Below are positions 19,138-28,051 of a stretch of 64,000 nt of DNA, piece after piece. Positions within the stretch are counted from its first letter, which is position 1. Every line of letters starts with the position of its first letter. The position numbers and the translations under genes were made by a program. The notes below the pieces were generated by a model that saw only the letters and a program-made list of their open reading frames with translations, did not search any database and had not been told where the DNA came from. The DNA lies in contig CAVPZX010000002.1 of NCBI GenBank assembly GCA_963710375.1, forward strand, positions 928,001-992,000. Direction: 5' to 3'. Source of the DNA: Nitrospirota bacterium (GTDB taxonomy: Bacteria > Nitrospirota > Thermodesulfovibrionia > Thermodesulfovibrionales > Dissulfurispiraceae).

Positions 19138-20355
19138 ATGAAAAGACTTCTTTTGTCGGTAGCTCTGGTGGTTTTTTTGGCAGTTCAGGCATTTGCAGGA
19201 GACACGATTAAGATAGCCATTACAGGCCCTTTTAGCGGAGGTTCAGCGCCGATGGGAGTATCCATGCGTGACGGCGCCAAACTGGCCATAGCTGAGATAA
19301 ATGCCGGCGGCGGAGTTCAGGTAGGCAACCTGAAGATGAAGTTCCAGGTCATTGAACGGGACGACGAGGCCAGAAATGAGCGCGGCGCCCTGATCGCCGA
19401 GGAACTCGCTTCCATGGGCGACCTTTCCGGCGTTATCGGCACCGTGAATACAGGCGTTTGCATGGCAGGCGACAGGTATTTGCAGGAAAGGGGTATCACC
19501 AAAATCATCACCCCTGCCGCCGGTTCAGCCTCCATGACGCAGTGGAGCAAGGCCGGTGTGAAGGACCTGTCCATATTCCGCTTCGCCGCTGATGACGGCA
19601 TTCAGTCAGCAATGGTGGTGGAAGAGGCTATAAACAGGAAATTCACGAAGGTGGCGATTCTAAATGATTCTACAAACTACGGCGTCTCGGGACACCAAGA
19701 CCTGTTGTCACAGATCAGGGCGCAGGGAAACAAACTCCGGGTTGTTGCGAGTGATACATTTAACATCGGCGACAAGGACATGACCGCCCAGCTTTTACGG
19801 GCCCGGGCAGCCGGCGCGCAGGCTATCCTCATATGGGGTATTGGTCCTGAACTGGCGGCAGTTGCAAATGGCATGGCAGTCCTTGGGATGAAGGAACCTC
19901 TGATAGGAGGGTGGCCGCTTTCGATGTCCAACTTCATCGACAACGCCGGCAAGAACGGAAACGGCACCTTGATGCCCCAGACTTTTATCGAAGATCCTGT
20001 TACGCCGCGCGCCAGGAAATTTATTGAGGCATATCACAAGGCATACAATGTGACCCGGATGCCTTCCCCTGTTTCGGCAGCGCAAGGCTATGACGCGGTC
20101 TATATCTTTGCGGCAGCGGTCAAGCAGGCCAGGAGCACCGACACTCACAAGATCAAGGAAGCCCTGGAAGACCTCCGCGCTACTGTTCCGGGCGTGATAG
20201 CAGTCTGGAAAAAGCCTTACAGCAAGTGGGACCCTGCCAACGAGAACACTCACGAGGCTTTCCGGCGCGCCCAGGTCGTAATGGGGATGGTTGAAGACGG
20301 TCGTGTTGTCTTTGCAAACAATGCCGACAGGCAGAGGCTTATGAAGAGCAAGTAA
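19138..20355 (+). CDS. Branched-chain amino acid-type ABC transporter substrate-binding protein
   Basis: Signal peptide, IKIAITGPFSG, AIAEINAGGG, AAQGYDAVY. Confidence 0.85.
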   Translation: MKRLLLSVALVVFLAVQAFAGDTIKIAITGPFSGGSAPMGVSMRDGAKLAIAEINAGGGVQVGNLKMKFQVIERDDEARNERGALIAEELASMGDLSGVIGTVNTGVCMAGDRYLQERGITKIITPAAGSASMTQWSKAGVKDLSIFRFAADDGIQSAMVVEEAINRKFTKVAILNDSTNYGVSGHQDLLSQIRAQGNKLRVVASDTFNIGDKDMTAQLLRARAAGAQAILIWGIGPELAAVANGMAVLGMKEPLIGGWPLSMSNFIDNAGKNGNGTLMPQTFIEDPVTPRARKFIEAYHKAYNVTRMPSPVSAAQGYDAVYIFAAAVKQARSTDTHKIKEALEDLRATVPGVIAVWKKPYSKWDPANENTHEAFRRAQVVMGMVEDGRVVFANNADRQRLMKSK

Positions 20356-20394
20356 GATGCAGAGGGCTATTGCCAATAATATTTGCAGGCTGAC

Positions 20395-21273
20395 ATGACG
20401 GCTTCTGTTGTCCCCCAGTTGGTTGTCAGCGGTGCCTTTATGGGCCTTGTCTATGCTCTTGTGGCATATGGATTCCAGCTCACATATGCCACAAGCAAGA
20501 GCATCAACTTCGGTCAGGGTGAACTGGTGATGGTTTCCTCATTCTGTACCCTTACTCTTGCGAATCTGGGGCTTCCATACTGGCTCGTGGTTATCGGGGG
20601 TTTGCTGTTCGGTGCGCTCCTGGGACTGTTCGTGGAACGGGCTGCAGTCCGCCTTGCTCTGGAGCAAAAAAACGAGGGCTGGATTCTTCTGACTATAATT
20701 CTGGGGTTGTTCTTTTTCTCAGCCGCAGAGAATATCTGGGGACGCGACGACCGTCCGTTCCCGACCCCGATACCTTCTGATGCTATACAGGTTTTCGGAA
20801 TCAGCGTCACACCGCTCGAGATATCCGTTGCAGTCGGCGTTATTGCGATAATGGGGCTAATCGAGACGTTCAAGCGCAGGACCCTTTTAGGCAAAGCCTT
20901 TGAGGCTGTCTCTGTCAACCGGGATGCTGCAGAGCTTATGGGAGTTTCTTCAACGCGGACTGTGATGCTGTCTTACGGCCTGTCCGGCCTTTCCGCTGCT
21001 GTGGCAGGCATTCTGGTTTCTCCTATAACTACGGTGGGGCCGACGATGGCTTCTGTTCTGGTGCTCAAGGCATTCTCTGTCGCAGTCGTTGCCGGACTTG
21101 ATTCCGGATTCGGCGTGGTTCTGGTCGGTCTTGTTCTGGGCTCACTCGAAAGCCTGACAAGCTTCTATATAGGAAGCGGCTGGCGCGAAGCACCGGGTCT
21201 CGTTCTTTTGATTCTTGCACTTGCTGTTCGTCCTGCAGGCGTTTTTGGCAAAGTCGCGATACGGAAGGTATGA
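20395..21273 (+). CDS. livH: Branched-chain amino acid ABC transporter permease (LivH-like)
   Basis: YALVAYGFQLTY, INFGQGE, AAELMGV, KAFSVAVVAG; an alternative TTG start lies at 20383. Confidence 0.8.
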   Translation: MTASVVPQLVVSGAFMGLVYALVAYGFQLTYATSKSINFGQGELVMVSSFCTLTLANLGLPYWLVVIGGLLFGALLGLFVERAAVRLALEQKNEGWILLTIILGLFFFSAAENIWGRDDRPFPTPIPSDAIQVFGISVTPLEISVAVGVIAIMGLIETFKRRTLLGKAFEAVSVNRDAAELMGVSSTRTVMLSYGLSGLSAAVAGILVSPITTVGPTMASVLVLKAFSVAVVAGLDSGFGVVLVGLVLGSLESLTSFYIGSGWREAPGLVLLILALAVRPAGVFGKVAIRKV

Positions 21274-23222
21274 TGGTTAAGAGACTTTTTTTTATTCACG
21301 GTGCAGAGTTGGTGGTTTTTGTTCTGCTTGCATCAATTCCTCTGGCTGTAAAAAACCCCTTTGTCCTTGCTCTGCTTACGCTGCTCGCCATTTACGGAAT
21401 TTTGCTGATCGGGCTGGATGTAACCGTCGGTTATCTGGGACAGGTCAATCTCGCCCAGGCAGCCTTTCTCGGTCTTGGGGCTTACACTGCAGGCCTGGCC
21501 GTGAACCATTTTGGCATAGGCATGGAGAGCGCGCTGTTCGCAAGCCTGCTGGTTGGCCTTGTCTTTGGAACGCTTCTTGCTTTTCCCGCCCTCCGCCTGG
21601 AGGGCCCCCAGTTTGCCCTGGCCACGCTAAGTTTTTCCGCTCTGTCGTCAACCACACTCAATGAATGGGAATCCCTCACTAACGGGGCACAGGGACTCCA
21701 GATCACGCGACCGGCCCTGTTTGGTCTGCACCTGGAGGCACAAGGGTTTTTCTGGTTCTGTCTTATCCTCCTTGCAATTGTCTGGATGGCGATGCGCAAT
21801 CTTCTCACCTCCCAATGGGGAAGGACATTCGAGGCATTGCGGGACAGTCCTCTAGCCACTGACGCAATGGGGGTGGGTACTTATCGTCACAAAATAGCTG
21901 CGTTTGCGCTCGGTTCAGCTCTCGGAGGCCTTGCCGGCGGGCTTTATGCTTTCAACTTTCAATATCTTCAACCTCAGATTTTCGTATGGGACCTGATGGT
22001 GATCCTGCTTCTGGGCGTAGTGCTGGGAGGCAGGAAGAACCTATGGGGCGCTTTTGTAGGTGCTGCCTTAATCGTGCTTCTGCCCAACCTTCTCTCTAAC
22101 AGGCTTATGTTCCGGATAATCTCTTTTGCCGGTCTGCTTATGGCTGTTGTCGCAGGCGGACGAGGTTATATCCGGAAAAGCACCAAGCCGTTCCAGGCGC
22201 TTGCGCCTGTCATCGCCATGAGTCTGCTGGTAGTTGCAGCGATTTTTGTCAGAGATATCGAAGATATACGGAGAGCTATCTTCGCCTTGATACTGTTTTC
22301 GGTGGTTGTGGGACTTCCAGAGGGACTAATGGGCTTTGCCGCCAGTTTCTTTTCAAAAATCCTTCGCATCGCTCCTGCTCCTCTGTCCGATGCAGCTCCT
22401 ATTGACTTGGTGCTCGAAAAAAAGCACCCTGATGGCAGTCCCCTCCTCGAGATAACGGATCTTAGACGATATTTCGGCGGTGTTAGGGCTCTTGATGGAG
22501 TTTCCCTGGTAGTGCGCTCAGGCCAGATTCATGGCCTCATCGGTCCCAACGGCTCTGGCAAGAGTACGCTTGTGAATGTTATTTCCGGGCTTTACGCTCC
22601 GAGCGGAGGGACCATGCTGCTCAGGGGAAGACGACTACCGGAAGGCAGCCTGTACAAAGCCGCCAGAATGGGAATTTCGAGGACATTTCAGAACCTGCAG
22701 ATATTTTCGGAACTTACTGCTATGGACAACGTCATGGTGGCTATGAAGGGCGTATACGATAAGTCGCTGCTGATGGTGCTTCTGGGTCTCGCTCGCGGAG
22801 AGGAACGTTGCGCCCAGTCAGGAGCTCTTGCATTGCTCGAAATGGTCGGTCTGCTTGACAAGGCACGTACGCCGGCCAAGGATCTTCCATATGGGGCTCA
22901 GCGATTCCTGGAGATAGCCCGCGCCCTTGCCTGCCGTCCGGACCTTTTGATCCTGGATGAACCTGCCGCAGGCCTTGCTAATCCCGATGTTAAGAAACTG
23001 GTGGAGATAATACGCAATATACACAGGCTGGGCATCTCAACTATTCTTATTGAGCATCACATGGAAGTGGTGAGCGGGCTTTGTGACGTGATTACAGTGC
23101 TTGACGGGGGGCTTGTCATAGCGAAAGGCAAACCGGAAGATGTGAAACGTAATCCCGCAGTTATAGCAGCCTATCTTGGGAGTGAGTGCGTGAATTGGCA
23201 GTCTCTGGACCCGATATGCTGA
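21270..23222 (+). CDS. Fused ABC permease/ATPase (LivM-LivG)
   Basis: N-terminal GQVNLAQAAF permease; C-terminal GPNGSGKST, LILDEPAAGL, AYLG. Confidence 0.85.
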   Translation: MMVKRLFFIHGAELVVFVLLASIPLAVKNPFVLALLTLLAIYGILLIGLDVTVGYLGQVNLAQAAFLGLGAYTAGLAVNHFGIGMESALFASLLVGLVFGTLLAFPALRLEGPQFALATLSFSALSSTTLNEWESLTNGAQGLQITRPALFGLHLEAQGFFWFCLILLAIVWMAMRNLLTSQWGRTFEALRDSPLATDAMGVGTYRHKIAAFALGSALGGLAGGLYAFNFQYLQPQIFVWDLMVILLLGVVLGGRKNLWGAFVGAALIVLLPNLLSNRLMFRIISFAGLLMAVVAGGRGYIRKSTKPFQALAPVIAMSLLVVAAIFVRDIEDIRRAIFALILFSVVVGLPEGLMGFAASFFSKILRIAPAPLSDAAPIDLVLEKKHPDGSPLLEITDLRRYFGGVRALDGVSLVVRSGQIHGLIGPNGSGKSTLVNVISGLYAPSGGTMLLRGRRLPEGSLYKAARMGISRTFQNLQIFSELTAMDNVMVAMKGVYDKSLLMVLLGLARGEERCAQSGALALLEMVGLLDKARTPAKDLPYGAQRFLEIARALACRPDLLILDEPAAGLANPDVKKLVEIIRNIHRLGISTILIEHHMEVVSGLCDVITVLDGGLVIAKGKPEDVKRNPAVIAAYLGSECVNWQSLDPIC

Positions 23223-23270
23223 GAGATAACCGTTAATGGAAAGTAATGTACAGGACGGTGATAACCGCCT

Positions 23271-23987
23271 ATGCTGACTGTAGAAAATCTTTATGCGGGA
23301 TACAGCGCAAGTGAGGTGCTTGCGGGTGTATCGCTTGAGGTGAAGACAGGAGCGCTGGTCGCTTTAATCGGTCCGAACGGAGCGGGCAAGACCACAACCA
23401 TGCGCGCCATCTCCGGGATTGTCAGGCCGACCAGGGGACTAGTGCTGTTGGACGACATGCCTGTTCAGGATATGGATGCGTCACACATTGCCAGACTCGG
23501 GCTGGCCCACGTGCCTGAAGGACGGCAGGTATTCGGGACACTTTCTGTTGAGGATAACCTGCTGCTGGGAGGATATCGCCGGCTGCCGCATTTTTTTGGG
23601 TTCCACAAAAAGGCGGCCCGAGACCTGGACAGGGTGTATGATATGTTTCCCCGGCTGAGTGAGCGGCGCCGCCAGGCATCTGGAACCCTTTCCGGAGGAG
23701 AACAGCAGATGCTTGCCATCGGGCGTGCCCTGATGGCTGATCCCAAGGTGATCTTAATGGATGAGCCCTCTATGGGGCTTGCTCCTGTTGTTGCTGATGA
23801 GGTGCTGGCAACAATCACTCGTCTGAAGAAGACAGGAATGCCATTGCTGCTGGTCGAGCAAATGGTCAAAAAGGCGATGGACGTGGCGGACTATGTATAT
23901 CTTATGGAGCGGGGAAGGATTGTTATCCAGGGAACACCGGATGAACTGCGGAAGGACGAGCGCGTGATAGCCGCATACCTCGGATGA
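23271..23987 (+). CDS. livF: ABC transporter ATP-binding protein (LivF-like)
   Basis: GPNGAGKTT, HVPEGRQVF, LSGGEQQMLAIGRALM, DEPSMGLAP. Confidence 0.9.
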   Translation: MLTVENLYAGYSASEVLAGVSLEVKTGALVALIGPNGAGKTTTMRAISGIVRPTRGLVLLDDMPVQDMDASHIARLGLAHVPEGRQVFGTLSVEDNLLLGGYRRLPHFFGFHKKAARDLDRVYDMFPRLSERRRQASGTLSGGEQQMLAIGRALMADPKVILMDEPSMGLAPVVADEVLATITRLKKTGMPLLLVEQMVKKAMDVADYVYLMERGRIVIQGTPDELRKDERVIAAYLG

Positions 23988-24013
23988 CAGAAACCTGAAC
24001 GCCGATACCGTAC

Positions 24014-24061
24014 GTGTCATGACACAAGATTGTTTCACTATCCAGGTGTTTCATGACACAA
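24014..24061. promoter_or_regulatory. Paired TCATGACACAA sites (perfect palindrome GTGTCATGACAC plus a degenerate copy); candidate enhancer-binding-protein sites
   Basis: 24014-24025 and 24046-24061, about 100-145 bp upstream of a sigma54-like motif. Confidence 0.4.
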
Positions 24062-24159
24062 TTCTCCAGATGGTCAAAGATTTATTGTCATATCCCTCTT
24101 CCGTCATAACTTGTTTTAATTATTAGATAAATTAAAACACTCAACAATGTTAATTTCTC

Positions 24160-24175
24160 TGGCATTATTTTTGAT
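24160..24175 (+). promoter_or_regulatory. sigma54-like promoter (TGGCAT-N5-TTGA)
   Basis: TGGCATTATTTTTGAT: GG-N10-GA spacing, one mismatch to the -12 GC; just upstream of ORF 24190. Confidence 0.45.
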
Positions 24176-24189
24176 ATTCATTTAATGCG

Positions 24190-24390
24190 ATGCATATTGC
24201 AGAAAAGAAATTATGCCCCTTAACCGGAAATCCCTATGAGGACTGTTACTGCATCGACATGAACAGCCAGAAAATATTTAAAGCTCTCTCATACTGCTGT
24301 CGTGATTTCGAAGAATGTGAGGTGTATATAAAACATTCTCAGGCAGATCTGGACTTTAAATATGAGGGCGAAGGAGGAAAAGGTGTTTAA
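24190..24390 (+). CDS. Small Cys-rich hypothetical protein
   Basis: 66 aa with CP...DCYC...YCC...FEECEVY; overlaps the start of the MCP. Confidence 0.55.
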   Translation: MHIAEKKLCPLTGNPYEDCYCIDMNSQKIFKALSYCCRDFEECEVYIKHSQADLDFKYEGEGGKGV

Positions 24391-26017
24391 GAACTTAAAA
24401 GTCGGGATGAGGTTGGGATTAGGGTTTGGCGCAGTTACCGTAGTTATGATAGCTTTGATTTTTATCGGCATCGACAGCATGGGTCGCTTACAGGACCATC
24501 TTGAACGGATTGTCAAAATCAACAATACTCGCATGGAATATTCCACTGATATAGCAGATAGAACTCGTGAAATATCCATATCTCTCCGCAACATACTTCT
24601 GGTAACGGATTCCGAAAAGAGACATGCGCAGATAAAAGCGATGGACGCCAATAGGGCTAAATACAATGATGACTTGAAAAAGGTCGATGAAATGACTCCT
24701 AAGGATGATGCTAAAGGCCGCGAGACGGTAGAAAAAGTGCGGGCCGCAGCAGAAACTGTAAAGCCGTTAAACAACAAAGTGATAGATCTTGCTATGGCAA
24801 ACAAGAACGGAGAAGCTGTCGATTTCATGAACAGGGAAGCGCGTCCGGCAGTGCGCAGATTGATCCAGTCTGTAGATGAGTTGGCCGACTATCAGAAATT
24901 CCGCAACCAGGAACGTTATAAAGAAGCAGAGAGTGCATACAAAAAAGCAATGTTATCGATGTTCATTATCGGCGGCATTGCGATTGTGCTCGCTGTAATA
25001 ATTTCGATATTGATTGCACGGAGCATAGTCCTGCCATTGCATAAAGGCATTGAAGTCGCCGGAAAGATTGCAGAAGGCGACCTGACCTGCGAGGATTTGG
25101 ATGTAAGATCAAAGGATGAGATAGGCGCTTTAGCCAGGGCCCTGAACATAATGAAGAAATCGCTAAGCGGTATGATAGGGAAGTTTTCGGACACTGCCAG
25201 CCATGTTGCCTCGTCATCGGAAGAACTGTCAGCGACAGTGATCCAGATGACAAAGAGAGTAGAGGAGCAGGCGAACAAGGCGAATCAGGTGGCAACAGCG
25301 TCTGTAGAGATGTCACAGACCGTTATCGATATAGCAAAAAACAGCTCTGACATAGCAACTTCATCAGCAGACACATTAAAGACAGCTGAGGATGGCGCGC
25401 TTATAGTGAGCAAAACAGTGAATGAAGTGCAGGAGATATCGGCGACTGTGGAAGATCTGGCGAAAATCATGACTGCCCTCGGCGACCGTTCCAAGCAGAT
25501 AGGAGAGATAATCGGCGTAATTAAGGATATAGCGGACCAGACAAACCTTCTTGCCCTGAATGCAGCCATAGAAGCGGCGCGCGCAGGAGAGCAGGGAAGA
25601 GGTTTCGCTGTAGTAGCTGACGAAGTCAGGAAGCTTGCTGAAAAGACCGCGCATTCGACATCTGAAATAGGAGAAATGATAACCGCGATACAGGCAGAGA
25701 CTGAAAAGGCGGTTGTCTCGATGGGAGAGGGGACAAAAAAGGTCAAAGTAGGGGTAGAACTTGCAAATCAGGCTGGAGGCGGTCTCCGTAAAATAGTCGA
25801 CAGCGTTAACGGTCTGCAGGCCATGGTGCAGCAGATAGCGTCGGCAACAGAGGAGATGTCAACAGTATCGGAGCAGATAAGCGGTGACATAGAGGTTATA
25901 GCAACCGTATCAAGGGAGACGAGTGCCGGGTCCTGTCAAATAGGGCAGGAATCGTCTGACTTGTCAAAGATGGCTGTAGAATTAAGAACAGATGTCAACC
26001 ACTTTCGGGTCAATTGA
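24383..26017 (+). CDS. Methyl-accepting chemotaxis protein (4HB sensor, HAMP, signalling domain)
   Basis: Two TMs, [55 protein letters not shown] before GTG 24383. Confidence 0.95.
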   Translation: MFKNLKVGMRLGLGFGAVTVVMIALIFIGIDSMGRLQDHLERIVKINNTRMEYSTDIADRTREISISLRNILLVTDSEKRHAQIKAMDANRAKYNDDLKKVDEMTPKDDAKGRETVEKVRAAAETVKPLNNKVIDLAMANKNGEAVDFMNREARPAVRRLIQSVDELADYQKFRNQERYKEAESAYKKAMLSMFIIGGIAIVLAVIISILIARSIVLPLHKGIEVAGKIAEGDLTCEDLDVRSKDEIGALARALNIMKKSLSGMIGKFSDTASHVASSSEELSATVIQMTKRVEEQANKANQVATASVEMSQTVIDIAKNSSDIATSSADTLKTAEDGALIVSKTVNEVQEISATVEDLAKIMTALGDRSKQIGEIIGVIKDIADQTNLLALNAAIEAARAGEQGRGFAVVADEVRKLAEKTAHSTSEIGEMITAIQAETEKAVVSMGEGTKKVKVGVELANQAGGGLRKIVDSVNGLQAMVQQIASATEEMSTVSEQISGDIEVIATVSRETSAGSCQIGQESSDLSKMAVELRTDVNHFRVN

Positions 26018-26065
26018 AACGGAAGTAATTAACAGGGAAAACAGCGACTTTTTTTTGGAGAAAAG

Positions 26066-27940
26066 ATGATTCTTGTATCAGCCCTATCTGTGTTGCTTCA
26101 GTTTATAGCGGCATACCTGTCTATCAGGATGATCCGCATTACCGGTAAACGCAGGGCCTGGATACTTATTACTGCGGCAATTACTATTGCAGCCCTAAGG
26201 AGGAGCTATGACCTGTACAGGTTCATATTTGGAAATACAGGCAATCTGCCCAGCACTACAGGAGAATTGTTCTCTTTTCTGACTTCAATATGCATGGTAA
26301 TCGGCGTGGCATATATTGCGCCGCTTTTTTTGTCAATAAAACGCTCCGAGGAAAGCCTGCGCAAATCCGAGGAGGCCCTGCTCGAACAGCAGAACTTTAC
26401 TTCCAGCCTGATTCAAAGCTCCGCCAGCGCCACATTCGTCCTGGATAAGACGCACAGGATCATCATCTGGAACAAGGCATGCGAAGAGTTGACAGGATGC
26501 CAGCAATCCGACATGATCGGCACCAATGATCAATGGAAGCCTTTTTGCCGCAAAAGGATGCCTACGGTTGCAGACCTGATTCTTGATGGCGCACCCGGGC
26601 ATTCGTCTTTGCCGGGTAATAACTATTCCAGGTCTTCCCTGAACCCCCACGGGGTGAGGGCCGAAGGCTGGTATGAAAATCTCGGCGGTAAGGACAGATA
26701 CATTGTATTTGAGGCGTCGCCTGTCTATAACATCAATGGTGAGTTGATAGCCGCTATCGAAACGCTCCAGGACATAACTGAAAGTAAGAAGGTCGAAATC
26801 CAACTCATGCAATCACAGAAAATGGAGGCAGTGGGAAGGCTTGCAGGAGGCATAGCTCATGACTTTAATAATCTGCTTACACCTATTATCGGCTATAGCG
26901 ATTTAGTTTTGACCGAACTTCCTGAAACGCATTTTGCGAAAGATAAAATCAGGGTAGTCAGGGATACCGGATGCAAGGCGGCTGATTTGGTAAAGCAGCT
27001 TCTGGCTTTCAGCCGGAAGCAGGTGCTTGAAATGAAGCCGGTCAACCTGAATGAAATTGTTTTAAATATGAGCAGGATATTTGAAAGGACTATAGGAGAG
27101 GATATAGAATTGGAGCTGTGCATTAATAATCCTGTCAAGAATGTATCAGCTGATGCAGGGCAAATAGAGCAGGTTTTGATGAATCTTGTTTTAAACGCCC
27201 GCGATGCGATGCCTGGAGGGGGGCGGCTTACGATCGAAACGGCTGACGTATATCTTGATGAGACATGCGAACTAATACACAGCAAGTTGGTAAACCCCGG
27301 TCAATATGTAACGCTTTCAGTAAGCGACACCGGAATGGGAATGAGCCGTGAAATTATGGAAATGATATTTGACCCTTTCTTTACAACAAAAGAAGCAGGG
27401 AAAGGCACAGGGCTTGGCCTGGCAACCACTTACGGCATCATAGAGCAGCACAACGGATATATGTGGACATATAGCGAACCCGGCATGGGAACAGCATTCA
27501 AGGTCTACCTGCCTGCAATAGAGGAAGATGTTAAACCGATAAAACAGTGTAGGCCGACAATAGCAATTGGAGGGACGGAAACAATACTTGTGGTCGATGA
27601 TGAACCTCTCGTCAGAGATTTTGTCGTGGATGTACTTCGGCATTTGGGGTATAAGGTCCTGGAGGCGTCATGCGCAAAAGAGGCATTAAAGATATGCGGG
27701 AATAATCAGGGCAAGATAGACATTTTATTGACGGATCTTGTTATGCCTGGGATGAACGGGCAGGAGTGTGCCGCGATATTTAAAGAGAAAAGACCTGAGT
27801 CAAAGGTTATCTTCATGTCCGGCTATAGGGAGAAATTCATTTCTGATTCCGACCTGTCCACTCCAAAAGAATTATTTGTACAAAAACCTATTATAGTGGA
27901 GAAACTAACAGTTACGATAAGAGAGGCCTTAGGCAGCTGA
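26066..27940 (+). CDS. Hybrid sensor histidine kinase/response regulator (TM, PAS, HisKA, HATPase, REC)
   Basis: GGIAHDFNNLL, NARDAMPGGG, GKGTGLGL, ILVVDDE...LLTDLVMPGMNG. Confidence 0.95.
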   Translation: MILVSALSVLLQFIAAYLSIRMIRITGKRRAWILITAAITIAALRRSYDLYRFIFGNTGNLPSTTGELFSFLTSICMVIGVAYIAPLFLSIKRSEESLRKSEEALLEQQNFTSSLIQSSASATFVLDKTHRIIIWNKACEELTGCQQSDMIGTNDQWKPFCRKRMPTVADLILDGAPGHSSLPGNNYSRSSLNPHGVRAEGWYENLGGKDRYIVFEASPVYNINGELIAAIETLQDITESKKVEIQLMQSQKMEAVGRLAGGIAHDFNNLLTPIIGYSDLVLTELPETHFAKDKIRVVRDTGCKAADLVKQLLAFSRKQVLEMKPVNLNEIVLNMSRIFERTIGEDIELELCINNPVKNVSADAGQIEQVLMNLVLNARDAMPGGGRLTIETADVYLDETCELIHSKLVNPGQYVTLSVSDTGMGMSREIMEMIFDPFFTTKEAGKGTGLGLATTYGIIEQHNGYMWTYSEPGMGTAFKVYLPAIEEDVKPIKQCRPTIAIGGTETILVVDDEPLVRDFVVDVLRHLGYKVLEASCAKEALKICGNNQGKIDILLTDLVMPGMNGQECAAIFKEKRPESKVIFMSGYREKFISDSDLSTPKELFVQKPIIVEKLTVTIREALGS

Positions 27941-28051
27941 GGAAATATTCTCTATTTATTTATAGATTCTTACGTGATGCACAGTCACTTTCGAATAGAT
28001 TATTGGTGATGCAATGCGTTTTCTTGCTCAGCATATTGAATCTTTGATATA

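Noticed and set aside
18678..19192. Minus-strand ORFs 18678-18902, 18767-18967 and 18968-19192
   Set aside because: They are antisense to the repaired small gene or run through the MITE, and have no recognisable motifs.
24031..24061. parS sites (TGTTTCA...)
   Set aside because: Only half of the TGTTTCACGTGAAACA palindrome matches; the TCATGACAC repeat explains the sequence better.
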